Assembly: GCA_004431415.1 (NCBI GenBank)
Contig: QPMI01000038.1
Location: 1 to 64,000 of the forward strand
Origin: Cyanophora paradoxa CCMP329
Taxonomy: Eukaryota; Plantae; Glaucophyta
Direction of reading: 5' to 3'
Length of the DNA: 64,000 nt
Position 1 is the stretch's first letter. Every line of letters begins with the position of its first letter. The position numbers and the translations under genes are program-made. The notes under the pieces were generated by a model. It did no database searches. It was not told where the DNA came from and saw only the letters and a program-made list of their open reading frames with translations. Shown here in pieces: positions 11,301 to 23,500 of the stretch.

Positions 11301-11889
11301 AGATTTCGCCCATACTCACACAAAATCGGAAATCACGGATTTCCCAACCTTAGACCCATTTGTAGCGAACACGATCACAGCAAATAATACCATGTATGTG
11401 GGATCCGGTCAAATTTACGAACCAGATGCACCACTTTATTTAGAACAATGGTTTTTCCACAATTCCGCAAATATATACGATAAAACGTTATTATGTCGGG
11501 GAAATGCTTACGCAAGAGCATATTATGCAATGGATGAAACAGATAATACAAAGATTGCAAAACTTGTTTCAGAACAACGGGTCAATAAAGACCAGTATAT
11601 ACAGACAGGGAGTTTTTCAAATTCTTTAACAATCGTAGGTCCGGGTCATTGGGGATTTTCACAGGTTGTCACATTCCCAAAAGCATTTGCGCAAGCCCCA
11701 GAAGTGGTTCTCAATCTGAAACAAGGGTATAATGGTGGTTCATATGTATTGGTATATGGTGTCACAAGTTCCTCAACAACAACCTTTACTGTTAATGTAA
11801 CAGTTTCGGCAAATTATGAATTCAATGAAAGCATCGGACTTTTCCACTATCAAATGAGTTATATAGCAACAGGAAAGATGGTAGCATAA
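8377..11889 (+). CDS. Tail-fibre-like protein with HxH (phage tail repeat-like) repeats and gp53-like/H-lectin C-terminal domain
   Basis: HTHTKxxITDF and HxHxWEHITNxP repeats, YLPLTGGT motifs, and a C-terminal IQTGS..VTFPKAFAQAPEVV..STTTFTV..SYIATG. Confidence 0.8.
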   Translation: MTEPIVETTIKNAVLDNNFYITHANIPSESNDLIVDLKGYVMGAMASNLWNDIFGYEFGHIYDIANGIGYVDAMAGTAFRNLNCNCVGGWMFQICSNVDPSIDPATVTFDCNLFAPKTIFSITCNLVCSDVPIVAPVIGASNMYIQRNPVVHTGAEFILGDNTPISRIELPNSHKHLWEHITNAPFTYPPSSHEHLWEHITNRPLTFPPDPHTHDYLSLKGGVISSNLTISSNLTVTSNIYASNIYASNIYSSNLWASNINGSNVIVDYLTVKIEANLPNHPTSNVVLDWLAKQKHTKADITDFAHTHTKDQITDFAHTHLWEHITNPPSTFPPGKHTHDYSEITNSNHRHPWDEIDEQPVFAQLNAIGNVFNGVTLYQSINTPDRLFLNDHYVNLNGTFTGETGTPMVGTLAVRLPRDPIVNGVYSGDFNVGVNDTFPSIYVTNYHPGEIGQEADFSAAIQVNVTDQSAYDGARPKIVFTREKVVNYLPVVGQPTDDHGKCEIAWIKTTTGGALEVNQRMAAKNLHNTTLSGVVTDDYLESKNYVDDTELAAILEDYVTDTELTSALGDYLPLTGGTLTGDVHAPNFFVDTPNDQSFPVVHLGAEYVLDPNTPFSRLELPNVHRHFWEHITNAPLTYPPSSHEHFWEHIVNPPSTYPPDSHDHDYLPLTGGTIAGDVHASNFFVTTPNDQTFPVVHLGAEYVLDPNTPISRIELPNVHNVRPLTFAPYLHTHTKSEITDFSHTHTKSEITDFAHTHTKSQITDFPTFATVATTGNYDDLINTPTYTSPTDFDATSGISTDRTGDWRDYFGQPLVGDTSTWANTWIDGDDDCSSCKMYWTVPTDMKSCYIYYTCQYDSRYFDVVGIEPSNNTYTRLRVNAYAPGINPVRDFKQFVAINCEGLVKVGVHGQIGRIYLPGPITVGWSKNPAISSHSGFLHWNNIYGKPTASTTVGPHSHFKADITDFAHSHTKANITDFAHTHTKSEITDFPTLDPFVANTITANNTMYVGSGQIYEPDAPLYLEQWFFHNSANIYDKTLLCRGNAYARAYYAMDETDNTKIAKLVSEQRVNKDQYIQTGSFSNSLTIVGPGHWGFSQVVTFPKAFAQAPEVVLNLKQGYNGGSYVLVYGVTSSSTTTFTVNVTVSANYEFNESIGLFHYQMSYIATGKMVA

Positions 11890-11944
11890 TATTCTCACGT
11901 AATAATAATAATATTCTTACGTATTTATAAAGAACAATCAAAAG

Positions 11945-12943
11945 ATGTCGACTGTGTTTACCCCTGTGTTTTCCTTATCAGCCAGTGCTGTCCACAACGT
12001 GCAACACACTATATATGATCTAAGTGAGTCATTCCCTTCGACTGAGACAGCGAAAACCGATTCTTTCAATGAGACCTCCATTCTCAGAGTCAAAGAACTC
12101 AGAGCTGACAAGGCTGGTGGAATCGTTAAAGCTACTGAACTGATCGTATCGAATCGACCCGCAATATCTTCGGGGCTGGTCACCAAAGAAAATCTATATG
12201 AAGGTCAACAGGATTCCAAAACGACTTTTAATCCGGCTGACAGGAATTCGGCGGCTTTTCAAGTTTACAGTGGCGGGGCATGGATTGGGACTGGACTCTC
12301 AGTTAATGGGACAGTGACAGCTACTAACTTTGCGGGGGGATTCACAGGGTTACTCACAGCAAGTGGTGGAATTAAAACGAATTCGATTGACACTGTGGGT
12401 GCAAATGATAATGTTGTGATTAAACAAAATAACACAACAGTTGCTACAATCACATCAGGAGGGTTGTCAATTAATGCAGGTTACATTTCTAACAGACATC
12501 CTGTTTTCATGTTTTCTACTCCAAACACGAATACAGCTGGAACCGCAGGCACCAACACAAAAATTCCATTCAGTGTTTCACAATTTGAGGTAAACTCACC
12601 CACATTTAGCACTACCAACAATACGTTTCAAGCACCCATTAGGGGTATATACTTCTTTCAAGTGACCTTATATTTTATAGAAGTTACAGCAACATCCACG
12701 GATTTCACAATTGATATATCAAGCAGTTCAAGCTCGTTTACAGCCTATAATGCCCGCAATACTCAGCAGCTTTATAATGCATCTAAAAATGCTTCATTTA
12801 CTGGATTGGGAGTGAGTGCAACTTGGATAGTTCCAATGCAAGCAAACGATACAATATGTTGGTGGCTTTACTCACCACATGCCTACACTTATTTGAATGG
12901 AGGTAGATGCAATGTAAGTGGGTATCTTGTTTCCACATATTAA
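11945..12943 (+). CDS. C1q-domain fibre protein with shared N-terminal module
   Basis: N-terminal RVKELRADK.GG.VK module and a C-terminal C1q signature KIPF..FSTTNNTFQAPIRGIYFF..M.AND.I..SGYLV. Confidence 0.8.
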   Translation: MSTVFTPVFSLSASAVHNVQHTIYDLSESFPSTETAKTDSFNETSILRVKELRADKAGGIVKATELIVSNRPAISSGLVTKENLYEGQQDSKTTFNPADRNSAAFQVYSGGAWIGTGLSVNGTVTATNFAGGFTGLLTASGGIKTNSIDTVGANDNVVIKQNNTTVATITSGGLSINAGYISNRHPVFMFSTPNTNTAGTAGTNTKIPFSVSQFEVNSPTFSTTNNTFQAPIRGIYFFQVTLYFIEVTATSTDFTIDISSSSSSFTAYNARNTQQLYNASKNASFTGLGVSATWIVPMQANDTICWWLYSPHAYTYLNGGRCNVSGYLVSTY

Positions 12944-12964
12944 TTTCTGACACTATAATAAAAG

Positions 12965-13225
12965 ATGCCTACTATAAATTGTGATGTTTCAGACATTGAG
13001 GCACTTGCTATGACTGCATTCTTTACATCTGCACAAGATTGGATGAGAGAAGCTTTGAAATCTCGCACAGATATTGCGGTTAATGAGATTGTGGACAAAG
13101 AAGTGAAATCGTGTATTGGTGCTGGAATTCCGATTCCACTCACAAAGGAAGCGATTGTAGAGCAAGCTTTTAATCGGGGGACTGTTCGAAAGGCAAGCGA
13201 AATTCCTGTGAGTGCTCCTATGTAA
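12965..13225 (+). CDS. Small protein paired with C1q fibre (possible fibre assembly factor)
   Basis: 86 aa; clear homolog at 45366..45629 (QDW...R..IA..EIV.KE..SCI....IP..KEAIV.QAF.RGTV). Both lie directly downstream of C1q genes. Confidence 0.7.
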   Translation: MPTINCDVSDIEALAMTAFFTSAQDWMREALKSRTDIAVNEIVDKEVKSCIGAGIPIPLTKEAIVEQAFNRGTVRKASEIPVSAPM

Positions 13226-13246
13226 AGAGTCTGACGACTGGGTTTA

Positions 13247-14520
13247 TTGTTATTTTTCATAGATCATGCATAAGAAAGGCATGTATCTTGCATAGTGGGC
13301 GGGGCGCGAGTGGTTCCAGTGCATTAAATGGAACATTTCGATTGAAGTCGCGAGTGTGTGCAGGTGGGCATTTTCGGCATGCTTGCTCATGCACATACTT
13401 GCTTTCGTTATTTTTCATTGCTTGCGATAAATCGATTAATCGTGTTCTATCGTCGTACTTTGTCGATTATCGTACTCTATCGGTGGGGTTCACCTTGATT
13501 TCGTATTTGATCCATCCGGATTAAGGCTATCGGTGGGGGTCACCTTGATTTTTCAATTTGGGTAACTGAAAACAGTCCGGAAACGATCGGGAACATTTCG
13601 TAAAAATGAGGGTCTTACTGTCCTTACTGAGAGATCGGGGGAAAGTTAAAGGGCTTACTGGGAATGGTAAGGAATTAGAAAAATGAAGAATGAAAGGGTT
13701 TCGTGATTGGTTTCAGTAAGGAAGGGTTAGATGTTTGAAAAATACAATGTGGCTCAGTGCGAATTTGTGATTTTGTGACTGAGATTCGTGATGCTGAAAA
13801 TGTGCTTATTGAAAATGGTCGCGGGAAGGTCGCGCAATTGGTGGGGGTGACCACCCAGCGAGCGCCCCCGATCGCCGCGCCTACTCCGCCCCCTCGCCAC
13901 CCCGCCCCGCTGCTCGGCCCCACGCGCCGCCGCCGCCGCCGGCCCTGGTGGCCCCTGCCGAGATCCACCCGCCGACGCCTTCGCCGCTCCCGCCCCACTC
14001 CTGCCCGACCCCGCCCGGCCCGTGCCGGTGCAACTCCTTGGCTCCCGCGCTCGCCCTTCTCTCCCTATCAGAGCCGGCCCTCGCCTCGCTGGCCCCGGAC
14101 CTCGCGGAAGAATCATCCGCGTCGCCTCCGTCGTTTCTTCAGCTCCCCCGCCCCCCCACCCCTACCGGCTGAGCTGCAGGTTTCTGCTGCGCCGCCCTCC
14201 CGCCCCGACCTCCCCCTACCTGGCCTCCGTCCTGCAAAGTCCACTCGTGTACACCCCCGTACCCAGCGCCCGCTGACGCCCCTGCCCGCGCGCCCTCCCT
14301 TCTCGACAGCACGGGCACGTCGTAACGCTGCAGCCGCTCTCGCCCTGCGGAACAGCTGGCCCTCTTTACCGCCCCCAGAAGCTGTAAGGACTCGTCCGAT
14401 GGCTCCGCAGGCCAGCTCCCTCGCCGGCTCTCCTGCCCGGCCCCGGGGTTTCCGCCTCACGGTCCGCTTCGCGCTCTCGCCCGGCCGCTCTCTTCCCCGA
14501 CCCCGCCCGCCCCTCCTCGC
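13247..14520 (+). repeat. Left arm of a ~1.27-kb inverted duplication (partner 25827..27104)
   Basis: Reverse-complement match with a few substitutions and indels. It comprises the virus A end (13247-13863) plus LINE 5' sequence (13864-14520). Confidence 0.95.
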
Positions 14521-17500
14521 ATAAAACAGGAAGGGCGCCGGTTTGGTCGCGGAGAGGGAACGTGGGTGGGGGGCCAGGCGGAGCGGGGGTGGGGTGGCAG
14601 TGCGGGCAGGACAGGGCGGGTCCCCGTGCCCATTGTTCTGCGATCAGGGAGGAAATAGGGATGCCCCACATGCCAGGGTTGCAACGGTGGTACGCGACCA
14701 GAGGGGTGCCAGCCTCGGTCTGGGAGGTGGGGGCGAGTGTAAGATCCTCGTCCCAGTACCAGGCGGGGAGAGGCGTGTCACGGTCGGCGGGGACAGCGGG
14801 TTTGCAGAGGGAAGTGGGGTAGAAATGCCAGGTGGGGCCGGAACCCCTAGGATGGGCTAAGTAATAGTCGAGGGCGAGTTTCCTTGTAGGCCCGGGATCG
14901 GGGTAGTCAACATCAGGGGCGTCCTCGGGGAGTGGTTGAAGGAAGATTGGGTTGGGAGGGGAGCAGCACTGGAAGGAGATGCTGTGAGTGATGTCTCTGC
15001 GTCCTAAGGCTTCAAGGAAAGCGGAGTAGGCGCGGAGGATGTCGCAGTCCGAGACAATGGTCAGGTGTTCGTCGGAGAGAAAAAGAGTATGATCTTTGGG
15101 AAGTCGGATGCAGCGGTTCCAGATGACGGTGTCCTCCGCCGTGAAGGCGCGTTCAAGTCTGGCGGACGCGAGGGGGACGAGGTCAAGGACCAGGTGGGTG
15201 TTGGTAGTCTCGGAGGCATCTACATAGTCAACAAGGTCCGCTTGGCATCGGAGGAAATTGTAGTCGGTGGGGCTGTCAGCTAGAATATATGTGCGGATGT
15301 GCCGGCGAGGCGGGAAGAGGGACGAGAATAGTGACGGGGGGAGGGGTGGGGAGGAGTCGTCCGAAAAAAGGAGTCGGGCATCGGGGATGTCCATTCCACC
15401 AATATAGTGGTAGGGAGCCGAGGCAGAGAACGTCTGCGGGGCGGTAGGTAGGGGGGCAGCTGGTCCGCTGAGGGGGACACGGGGTCGGCGGGGGGAAGAG
15501 GGGGCCGGGCGGCGGGTCGTCGTTGGTGTCGGAGCCGTTGCAGGTGGCCGCGGGATGGTCTTTGGTTGGTGAGAGGGGACCCACTGAAGCGTGACTTGGA
15601 AGTTCGGGTCTTGGGCGATACGAATGGCGTATTGCGTTCGAGCGTTGAGGAGAAGGGCCCCGTCTTCTCGGCGGAGCAGGGTGCGGAAGTTGATGGGATG
15701 GGAGAAAGATGAAGGGTCTTGAAAGGCGAAGGCTGTCAGGGCTCGGATAGTGTTCTGACTGTCCGTGATAATTTTCCCGCCCGTGGGCCCGAAATACGTG
15801 AATGCTGCGGAGATTGTGCCTGCTAGCTCTCCCAGGTTCACGTTATGTTGGACGCCGGGGAGGCGGTGGGCGAACTCGATTTTGTCAGGCAGGTCGGGAT
15901 TATTTTCGAGGGGTGCAAGGCCGGCGTAAGTGGTTCGGACGGAGGCGGAGCCCTGTTTTTGTGTGCTGGCGTCCGTGTATATTACCCGGGGAGTAGGTCC
16001 GGAGGGAAGGGGCGGGGAGTTTAGTGCGCGGAGTGTAGGGCAGAGCTCTGCGAAAAGGGCTCGGGAGGTAATGAAAAGGAAGTCGAGCCCGGCCGGGGAT
16101 TCATAGAAGTCGCGGTCGGCTTGTGATGCGGGGGTCATAAGGCGTGGGCGTCTCTCGAGGGCAACATTGGTAGCCTGGGCCTCCGCTCGGAAAGAGTCCC
16201 ACCAGTCAGTTTCCCGGAGCCAGAGGTCGATGAAGCCAATGTGTGCGATTTCGCGGGGGAGGTTGGGAGGAGGGAGTTCGGGGTCATATTGAGCAGGAGG
16301 GGTAGCTGAGGAGGGGTCAAGGCGGGCTTTTTTAGCTGCGCGTGTGGGTTGAGCACGGGAGGGCTGCTGCCCTCTAGAGTGGGAGCATGTGAAGGCGGAG
16401 GTGGAGTCGGGCAGCTGCCGGGAGCGGGTGGGCACCGGCCTATTGAGATTGGAGAGGCTCGGAGACCAGCCCTTCGATTCGCACGACGAGCCTGCCGGGA
16501 TTCGGCGGACGTGAGATGCGTACTCGACCCATCGGCAAGCAGTCGTAGAGAGGCCCAGCTCGCGATGAAGCTGTTCAGAGCCGCAGTATTTTGGGTGAGG
16601 GCAAAATTGGAATTCCAATCTGCGTTCACGCCAGGCGGGGTCGAGCTCAAGCGCCGATAGACCGGGGTCGCGCGTGGAGAGGCCATCATATGGAATGAGG
16701 CAGTAATGGACGAGTTCCACCCCATAGTTATACTCTGAATCCCGGGGGCAGTTGGGGTCCGCGTCAGGGTCCTCGGAGGCCGGTTCGTCCAGGTTTTCGT
16801 CCGGGATCGGGGGTTTCCCAACGACGCGGCCAACTAGGCCTTGGGATGTCCATACAAAATCGCCAATTTTTAGTCCCGCAAGGACGGCATTAGCTTGGAG
16901 AGAGCGACGAATGTCTGGGATAGAGGGCGGCGGAGGCATAGGGTGGCGGGGGAGGAAAGGGGACCGGGTGGAGGGGCGGGGAAGAGAGAGTTCTTCGCGG
17001 ACAGCGTCCCACCAGGAGGGGGCACATTTGTAGTATGCCGGGACACGGCCGTGACTCCAGAGGAGGGACCATTCGGCAAGGGAGCCGTCAGGGGCCGTGA
17101 TGTCGCGGATTGTGAGGAGGCCGCAGCGATGGAGTCGCTGACCGGCTTGTTGGAGGGTGAGGGGCGACAATTGCGTTGATATAATATATTCTCGTCGAAG
17201 ATGGGATCGGCGGGAGGGGAGGCCATGTGTCCAGGAGTCGCACGTTGTGAGGATGTGATGGGAGGTGGAGGTCAGGTCTGCCGTGATGGCAAGCGTAATA
17301 TTTTTCTGTAGTGTGAGGGGCCCCGAGGGGAGGTTCGGATATTCGTGTGGGAGAAGGGGAAGCCCGTATCGGGCCTGGGTGTCGAGGACACGTTGTCGGT
17401 ATATTTGGCCGTAGAGTGATGATGTGTGAGAGGCTAGTTCCTGGCGGAGGCGCTCGTCGACGCACTGCTGTTGGCGTTGGATGACAGCTATTGAGGGAAG

Positions 17501-20500
17501 GCGATAGATGGAAGAGAAGGCAGCCGTGGATACGGACTGGGCCAGGTTGGCAGTGTGTTTGGCCGCGGTGAGCCAAACAGCGTCGAGAGATTGGCATTGG
17601 GATGGCGTTAAGGTCATGATGCGGAGAGGGTATGCCAGTTTAGGGAAGAGAACCCGATGTAGTATCACTTGGAATTCGTGAACGGTAATCTTTTTCGTGG
17701 CTAGGATCGAGATTGCAGATTGGAGCTGGGATTTGAGTAGGCGGACTTGGTGGGTCCAGGACAGGTTCGCAGTAAACTGGACGCCGAGGACGCGGAAGGG
17801 CGTTGTGGGGGAGAGGATGTGGCCAACCTCAGCTCTGGAATCGCCAACTCCGACATAGTATTTGCTCTTGACCGGCTCTTCGGATCGGGGGGGTTTCCAG
17901 TGAAAAATTTCCGTCTTTTTGGCGTTCAAGTTCATGCCATGGATATGTAGAAATTCGGACAGCCAGTCAAGCATATGTTGGAGGCCCTGAGCCGAGCTGG
18001 CAAGCATGGTGGTGTCGTCGGCGTATGCAAGCACAGAGACTTTGGGGCAGGGACCGGCGGGGAAGTAGAGGGGTTCGCCAGGGCATGGTGGGCGGGGGGA
18101 ACGGGGGCGGGTCGGATCAGATCGGTGCGGCCCAAGCTGGTAGCCGAAATTGGACTGAGTCGCTCGTTCTTCAATGGCGGTGAGAGCGGCGTCGAAGAAA
18201 ATGCGCCAGTGGAGGGGGGCTTCGATGCCACCTTGGGGGAGGCCACAGGGGACTTGAAAATATTCAGTGCGGCCGTGGGGGGTAAGGATGCACGCCGTGC
18301 GGTGTTGAGCTGCTTTTTTGTGGAGGGCTATATATCGTTTCCCTTCAGGATGGAGGTGGAGTTGGATACGGTTAAGGCTGAGCTCTTGGCTATGCCAGGA
18401 GACACTGTCGTAGGCGCTGGCGATATCCCCCAGGCCGCCAAAGATTGGCTTTTTGAACTGATGCGCGTCCTCGAGGGAGGATCGGAGGGCGTAGAGGACA
18501 GGGTCGGTAGATTCGCGGCGACAGAAACCATAATTACGGCCGCGTAGAATGTTATGTGTATCAATGCGGTCTTCCATGCGGTGGGTCAGGAGGCCTGTGA
18601 CCAGCTTCCAGGTGACTTCTTGAAGGGTGATGGGGCGGAGATCGGCGAGATCTGCTGAATTATCTCGTTTCGGGATAGCGTAGACTTGGCCGCGAAGTGC
18701 GTGGTCGGGCACGTGGCCGAGAAGAGTGGATTGAACTAGAGCTCGGATGGCGTCGCGCGAGGTGGTCCAGTGGGCCGCGGACTCGAAGCTGTTTATCTCG
18801 TCTGTAGAGTGTGAGGCGGCTAAGGTCTGGCGTTCCGTCTTGGAGAGGCGGAGGGGGGACCAGAGCATTTTAAGCATTCCGTTCGTGAGGCCGGAGGGAC
18901 CGCCAGCGCCATTGGACAGGGACGAGATGAGGCGATCGAGTTCGGGGTCCTCTGGCATGGCCATTAGCCCGTCCCAGACGGCGGGGGCGAAGTGGGAAAG
19001 GGGTCGGTACTGGCGTTTCCAAAATCTGCCCAACCAGGCGCCGTTTTCAATGACCTCGAATTTCGTAGCTATGGCATCCAGGTTTGGGGCGGCCTTGCGG
19101 AGTCGCCAGAAATTTTTGAAGTGATCCAGATGTGCGCGTTTAATTTCAGTGGGATCAGTGAGCACTTCGGGGAGTCCCGCTGCCGTGCGGGTAAGATACA
19201 GGCGAGGGGCGGATCGGAAGCGGGAGAGAAGGAGTTGAATAGCCCGACCCATGCTTCGACAGTGGGACAGGAGGTGGCGGCGGGTGTCAATATTGCGAGC
19301 GATGTCGGCTTCGGTGTATGCGCGGCGATGATTGTCCAGGGCGGCCCGCGCCTGTAAATACCACATGCTGAGTTGAGCATGGTACTCGGCGATTTCAGAT
19401 CCTGTAATGATACCATTCTCGAACTCAGGGTAATTAGGAGGGTCGGGGAAAGCGAGGAGGGAGGGGCAAAATGCCAGCGTGGTGTCCGAGCCCGCAGATT
19501 TTCGGATGTCTGTCACGTCTTTGGGAAGGTCCCGGAAAACAGCCCGAATAGTTTCGTCAGGCGGGTGGTCTGTGGAACCTTGGCGCGCCCAGTCGTTTAG
19601 GGCCTGTCCGACGCGGCCAACAAGTTGTTCGTCGTCAGCGTCCAGCGCAGACAAGTGGTTGAATTTAGCCATATCGCCCTGGGCGGCTACTCGGTGTTGG
19701 AGGACTTTTGCAGTAGAGAATTCTTTAGCGTGAGCGACGGACTTGATACTCTGGGCGATTGCGCAGAGGAGGGAGCGGTGGGATTTCGTGGCGCGGCGGG
19801 CGTAGTCGGGGCTGTTTTCGGGAGTGAGAAGGAGCTGGATATACCGCTGACCGTGTTTATTGAGAAAGGCTTCGACAGCGAGCTTGAAAGCAAGCCGGAT
19901 TGGTGCAGGCTGGGCGGCATAGTTGAAGAGAGGGGGGAGAGGCTGGGGTCGGGGCTGGCGGGGGGCGGTCGGGGGGGCAGAGAGCACTCCTTCGGTTGTG
20001 AAAGTCGCCAGTACTGGGAAGTGATCGGCTGAGAGCAGGGGGGAGGGTCGTCCAGGGACAGCCAGTGTACGAGTGCCCAGCGATCGGGCCGCTAGGGTGG
20101 GGGAGGCGAGGGCATAGTCGAGGCGGGCGGCGTTCAGGAGAGGGCGGTGGCCTTGCTCGTCGATGAAGTCTGCGTGGTGTGAGATGTGCGTGAAATCGCC
20201 GGGGGTACCGGTGTCGATGAGGCCCCAGGTCGCTCGGAGGAGGGTCCAGATTTCCGCGTAGGAGTTCGGGGGTGTAGTTTCGGTGCGCCGGTTGCCCCCG
20301 GTGATCCGGTCGTTGCACGGAGAGTGTGTGCTATTCATATCGCCGAGTACCAGGAGATGTGTCTGCCAGTCAGGCTCGTGGAGGTCAGGTGCGACCTTCG
20401 CGGTCAGGTATTCGGTGAGGTCGTGGAGCTCTTTTTGCAAATTGTCGTGCCCGCAGTCCGGTACATAGAGTGAGAGGACAATGAGGCGCTCGCGCGTGCG

Positions 20501-23500
20501 CGGGAAGTCAAACCGAGCGCCGGCTACCCGGCCGTCAAACGCGTAATCCGCCTGGCGGTGCGCTGCATAGCTTGCTGAGATCCACAGCGCGGAGCCGGCG
20601 GTGCCAGGACGGGCCGCGGAGGGAGGGGAGTAGACAAGGTAGCTAGATTTATGGCGGCGGACTGCCGTCTTAATCAGGTGATCGCGGATATTGGGCGGAA
20701 AGGGCTTCGAGGGGGGGCGGTCAACGGGGACCATGTCGACCTCTTGAAGAGCAACGAAGTGACAGTCCCAATCACGGCGGCCATAGTCGATTGCGCTGAT
20801 AAATTTAGTTGCAATATTGTTGCCGCTCGTCTTCCCCTCCAAGCGGCGAATATTCCACGTGAGGGCGCGGAGGTTCAGCTTCGCATTGGCCGCGTCCGGG
20901 GGATGTGCTAGGACGGGGATCTGGAGCACATCACGATGGCGGCGAGCGTCAATACGGTCAGCGGTGTAGAGGGAGGGAGGGTATAGCGTTAGAAGGGACG
21001 AGGCCGCCGTGACTAGTGTCGGGGAGGAGAGGGCAGCGGCGGCGGTAGCGACTGCAGCGGCCGTAGCTGTGCTGGGCTCAATGTCCGCAAAAGCGACGGG
21101 GACAAGGGCGGCGAGGAGAGCACAAAGGAGGAGGCGCGCGGGGAGAGGGGCCGGGCGGCTGAAGGTCCGTTGGACTTGTGGGGCGCGGCGCGCAGGCCGG
21201 CCCAGGAGTTCGAGACCGGCGTCATGCGGCGCAGCGTCCGTGGCGCCGGCGTCAGCGGGGCCAGCGCTGGCGTGCACGTAGGCACTGGCGCGGAAGCTAA
21301 CTGCGAGGTACGCGGCCGTGCGCGTGGCTGGTACGCGTCCGGATCCGTACGCGGGGCTCGTACGACAGCTCTCGGCGTCATGCAGCGCGGCGTCCGCGGC
21401 CGAGCTCGAGGCGCCGGCGTTGGCGGGGCTAGCACTAGCGTGGGCGCCGGAGCTAGCTGCGAAACCTGCAGTGGTAGTATCGGTGCTATAGCTAGGCGCC
21501 GGCACGCGACCGTACGCAGGGTTGGTGGTACTAGCTATAGCTATAGTGCAGCTATTAAAGCGCCAATCGCGGATTGCGGAGGTATTGGGCCGCTGCGATT
21601 CCTTCGAATCATTGCCCGACTCACCGGTCGCATGAATAGAAAAAACTGTTCGCGTTGGAGTTTTTTGACGGCACGCGGCGGGGGTACCGGTAGGCGCAGT
21701 TTCGTCCGGGGCCCTGAGACGTTCCGACCGGAAGGGGAGGCTCCACCGGCCACTGCAGTAGGCGGCGGCGCTGATGTGGCTTCCGTGCTCCAGTCCAGCG
21801 ATCAGGTTCTGGAGCATGCCGTAGCGCGGTCTAGCGAACGTGGTCCAGGAGGTGCTCCAGATGTAGACACGGCGACTGAGCTGCGAAAGTACTTGCGCGG
21901 CCTGCTGGATGCCGAGGCGAACAGCGCGGCGTGGAGCGGCAGCGACAGTAGCATCAGTACGGGGATTGGCCTCTCGAGCTCGCTGCGGGCCTGGAGACGC
22001 GCTCGACGGGCGGGGCGTTGCAGGCGGACCTCCGGGACACTTCTGCACACCGAGGTTTGTTCTAGGGGTCGGACAGTCGGCTCGGGAGGCCGACAGCGTT
22101 CTGGGGAGGCCGACAGCGTTCTGCAGGTCGAACGGAGGCGAGACAGGCGGCGCGATGGGGCCCGGCGGCGGCTTCACTTCAGGTCCAGGTCCGTCAGCAC
22201 GGGCGCGGCGCCGGGCAGCGGGGCGGCCGACAGCGTCCTGCAGGTCGCGCGGCGCGGGCGGAGGCGAGACAGGCTGCAGGCTGGGGCCCGTCGGCGGCTT
22301 CACTTGAGGTCCAGGTCCGTCAGCACGGGCGCGGCGCCGGGCAGTGCGGCGGCCGACAGCGTCCTGCAGGTCGCGCGGCGCGGACGGAGGCGAGACAGGC
22401 GGCGCGCTGGGGCTCGGCGGCGGCTTCTCTTCAGGTACAGGTCCGTCAGTCCGGGCTCGGCGCCGGGCAGCGGGGCGGCCGACAGCGTCCTGCAGGTCTC
22501 GCGGCGCGCGAGGAGGCGAGGCGCGGGGCGCGCTGGGGTTCGGCGGCGGATTCACGTCAGGTCCAGGTCCGTCAGCACGGGCGCGGCGCCGAGAAGTGCG
22601 GCGGCCGACAGCGTCCTGCAGGTCGCGCTGCGCGGGCGGAGGCGAGGCGCGGGGCGCGCTGGGGCTCGGCGGCGGCTTCACTTGAGGTCCAGGTCCGTCA
22701 GCACGGGCGCGGTGCCGGGCAGCGAGGCGACCGACGGTGTTCTGCAGGTCGCGCGGCGCGGGCGGAGGCGAGACAGGCGGCGCGCTGGGGCTCGGCGGCG
22801 GCTTCACTTGAGGTCCAGGTCCGTCAGCCCGGGCGCGGCGCCGGGCAGCGGGGAGGCCGACAGCGTCCTGCAGGTCGCGCGGCGCGGGCGGAGGCGAGAC
22901 AGGCGCGCTGGGGCTCGGCGGCGGCTCCACTTGAGGTCCAGGTCCGTCAGCACGGGCGCGGCGCCGGGCAGCGGGGCGGCCGACAGCGTCCTGCAGGTCG
23001 CGCGGCGCGGACGGAGGCGAGACAGGCGGCGCGCTGGGGCTCGGCGGCGGCTTCTCTTCAGGTACAGGTCCGTCAGTCCGGGCTCGGCGCCGGGCAGCGG
23101 GGCGGCCGACAGCGTCCTGCAGGTCTCGCAGCGCGGGCGGAGGCGAGGCGCGGGGCGCGCTGGGGTTCGGCGGCGGATTCACGTCAGGTCCAGGTCCGTC
23201 AGCACGGGCGCGGCGCCGAGAAGTGCGGCGGCCGACAGCGTCCTGCAGGTCGCGCTGCGCGGGCGGAGGCGAGGCGCGGGGCGCGCTGGGGCTCGGCGGC
23301 GGCTTCAATTGAGGTCCAGGTCCGTCAGTCCGGGCGCGGTGCCGGGCAGCGGGGCGACCGACAGTGTTCTGCAGGTCGCGCGGCGCGGGCGGGGGCGAGA
23401 CAGGCGGCGCGCTGGGGCTCGGCGGCGGCTTCACTTCAGGTCCAGGTCCGTCAGTCCGGGGGCGGTGCTGGGCAGCGGGGCGGCCGACAGCGTTCTGCAG

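Larger units (their letters stand above)
1..13863. mobile_element. Endogenous dsDNA virus copy A (Polinton-like/small NCLDV-like provirus); left part outside window
   Basis: Gene-dense, intronless block of MCP, two penton-like genes, patatin and fibre genes. The right end ...GGTGACCACCCAGCGAGC (13863) is followed by GCCCCC, the reverse complement of the 6-bp TSD at 26482-26487/27214-27219. Composition jumps to GC-rich after it. Confidence 0.8.
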
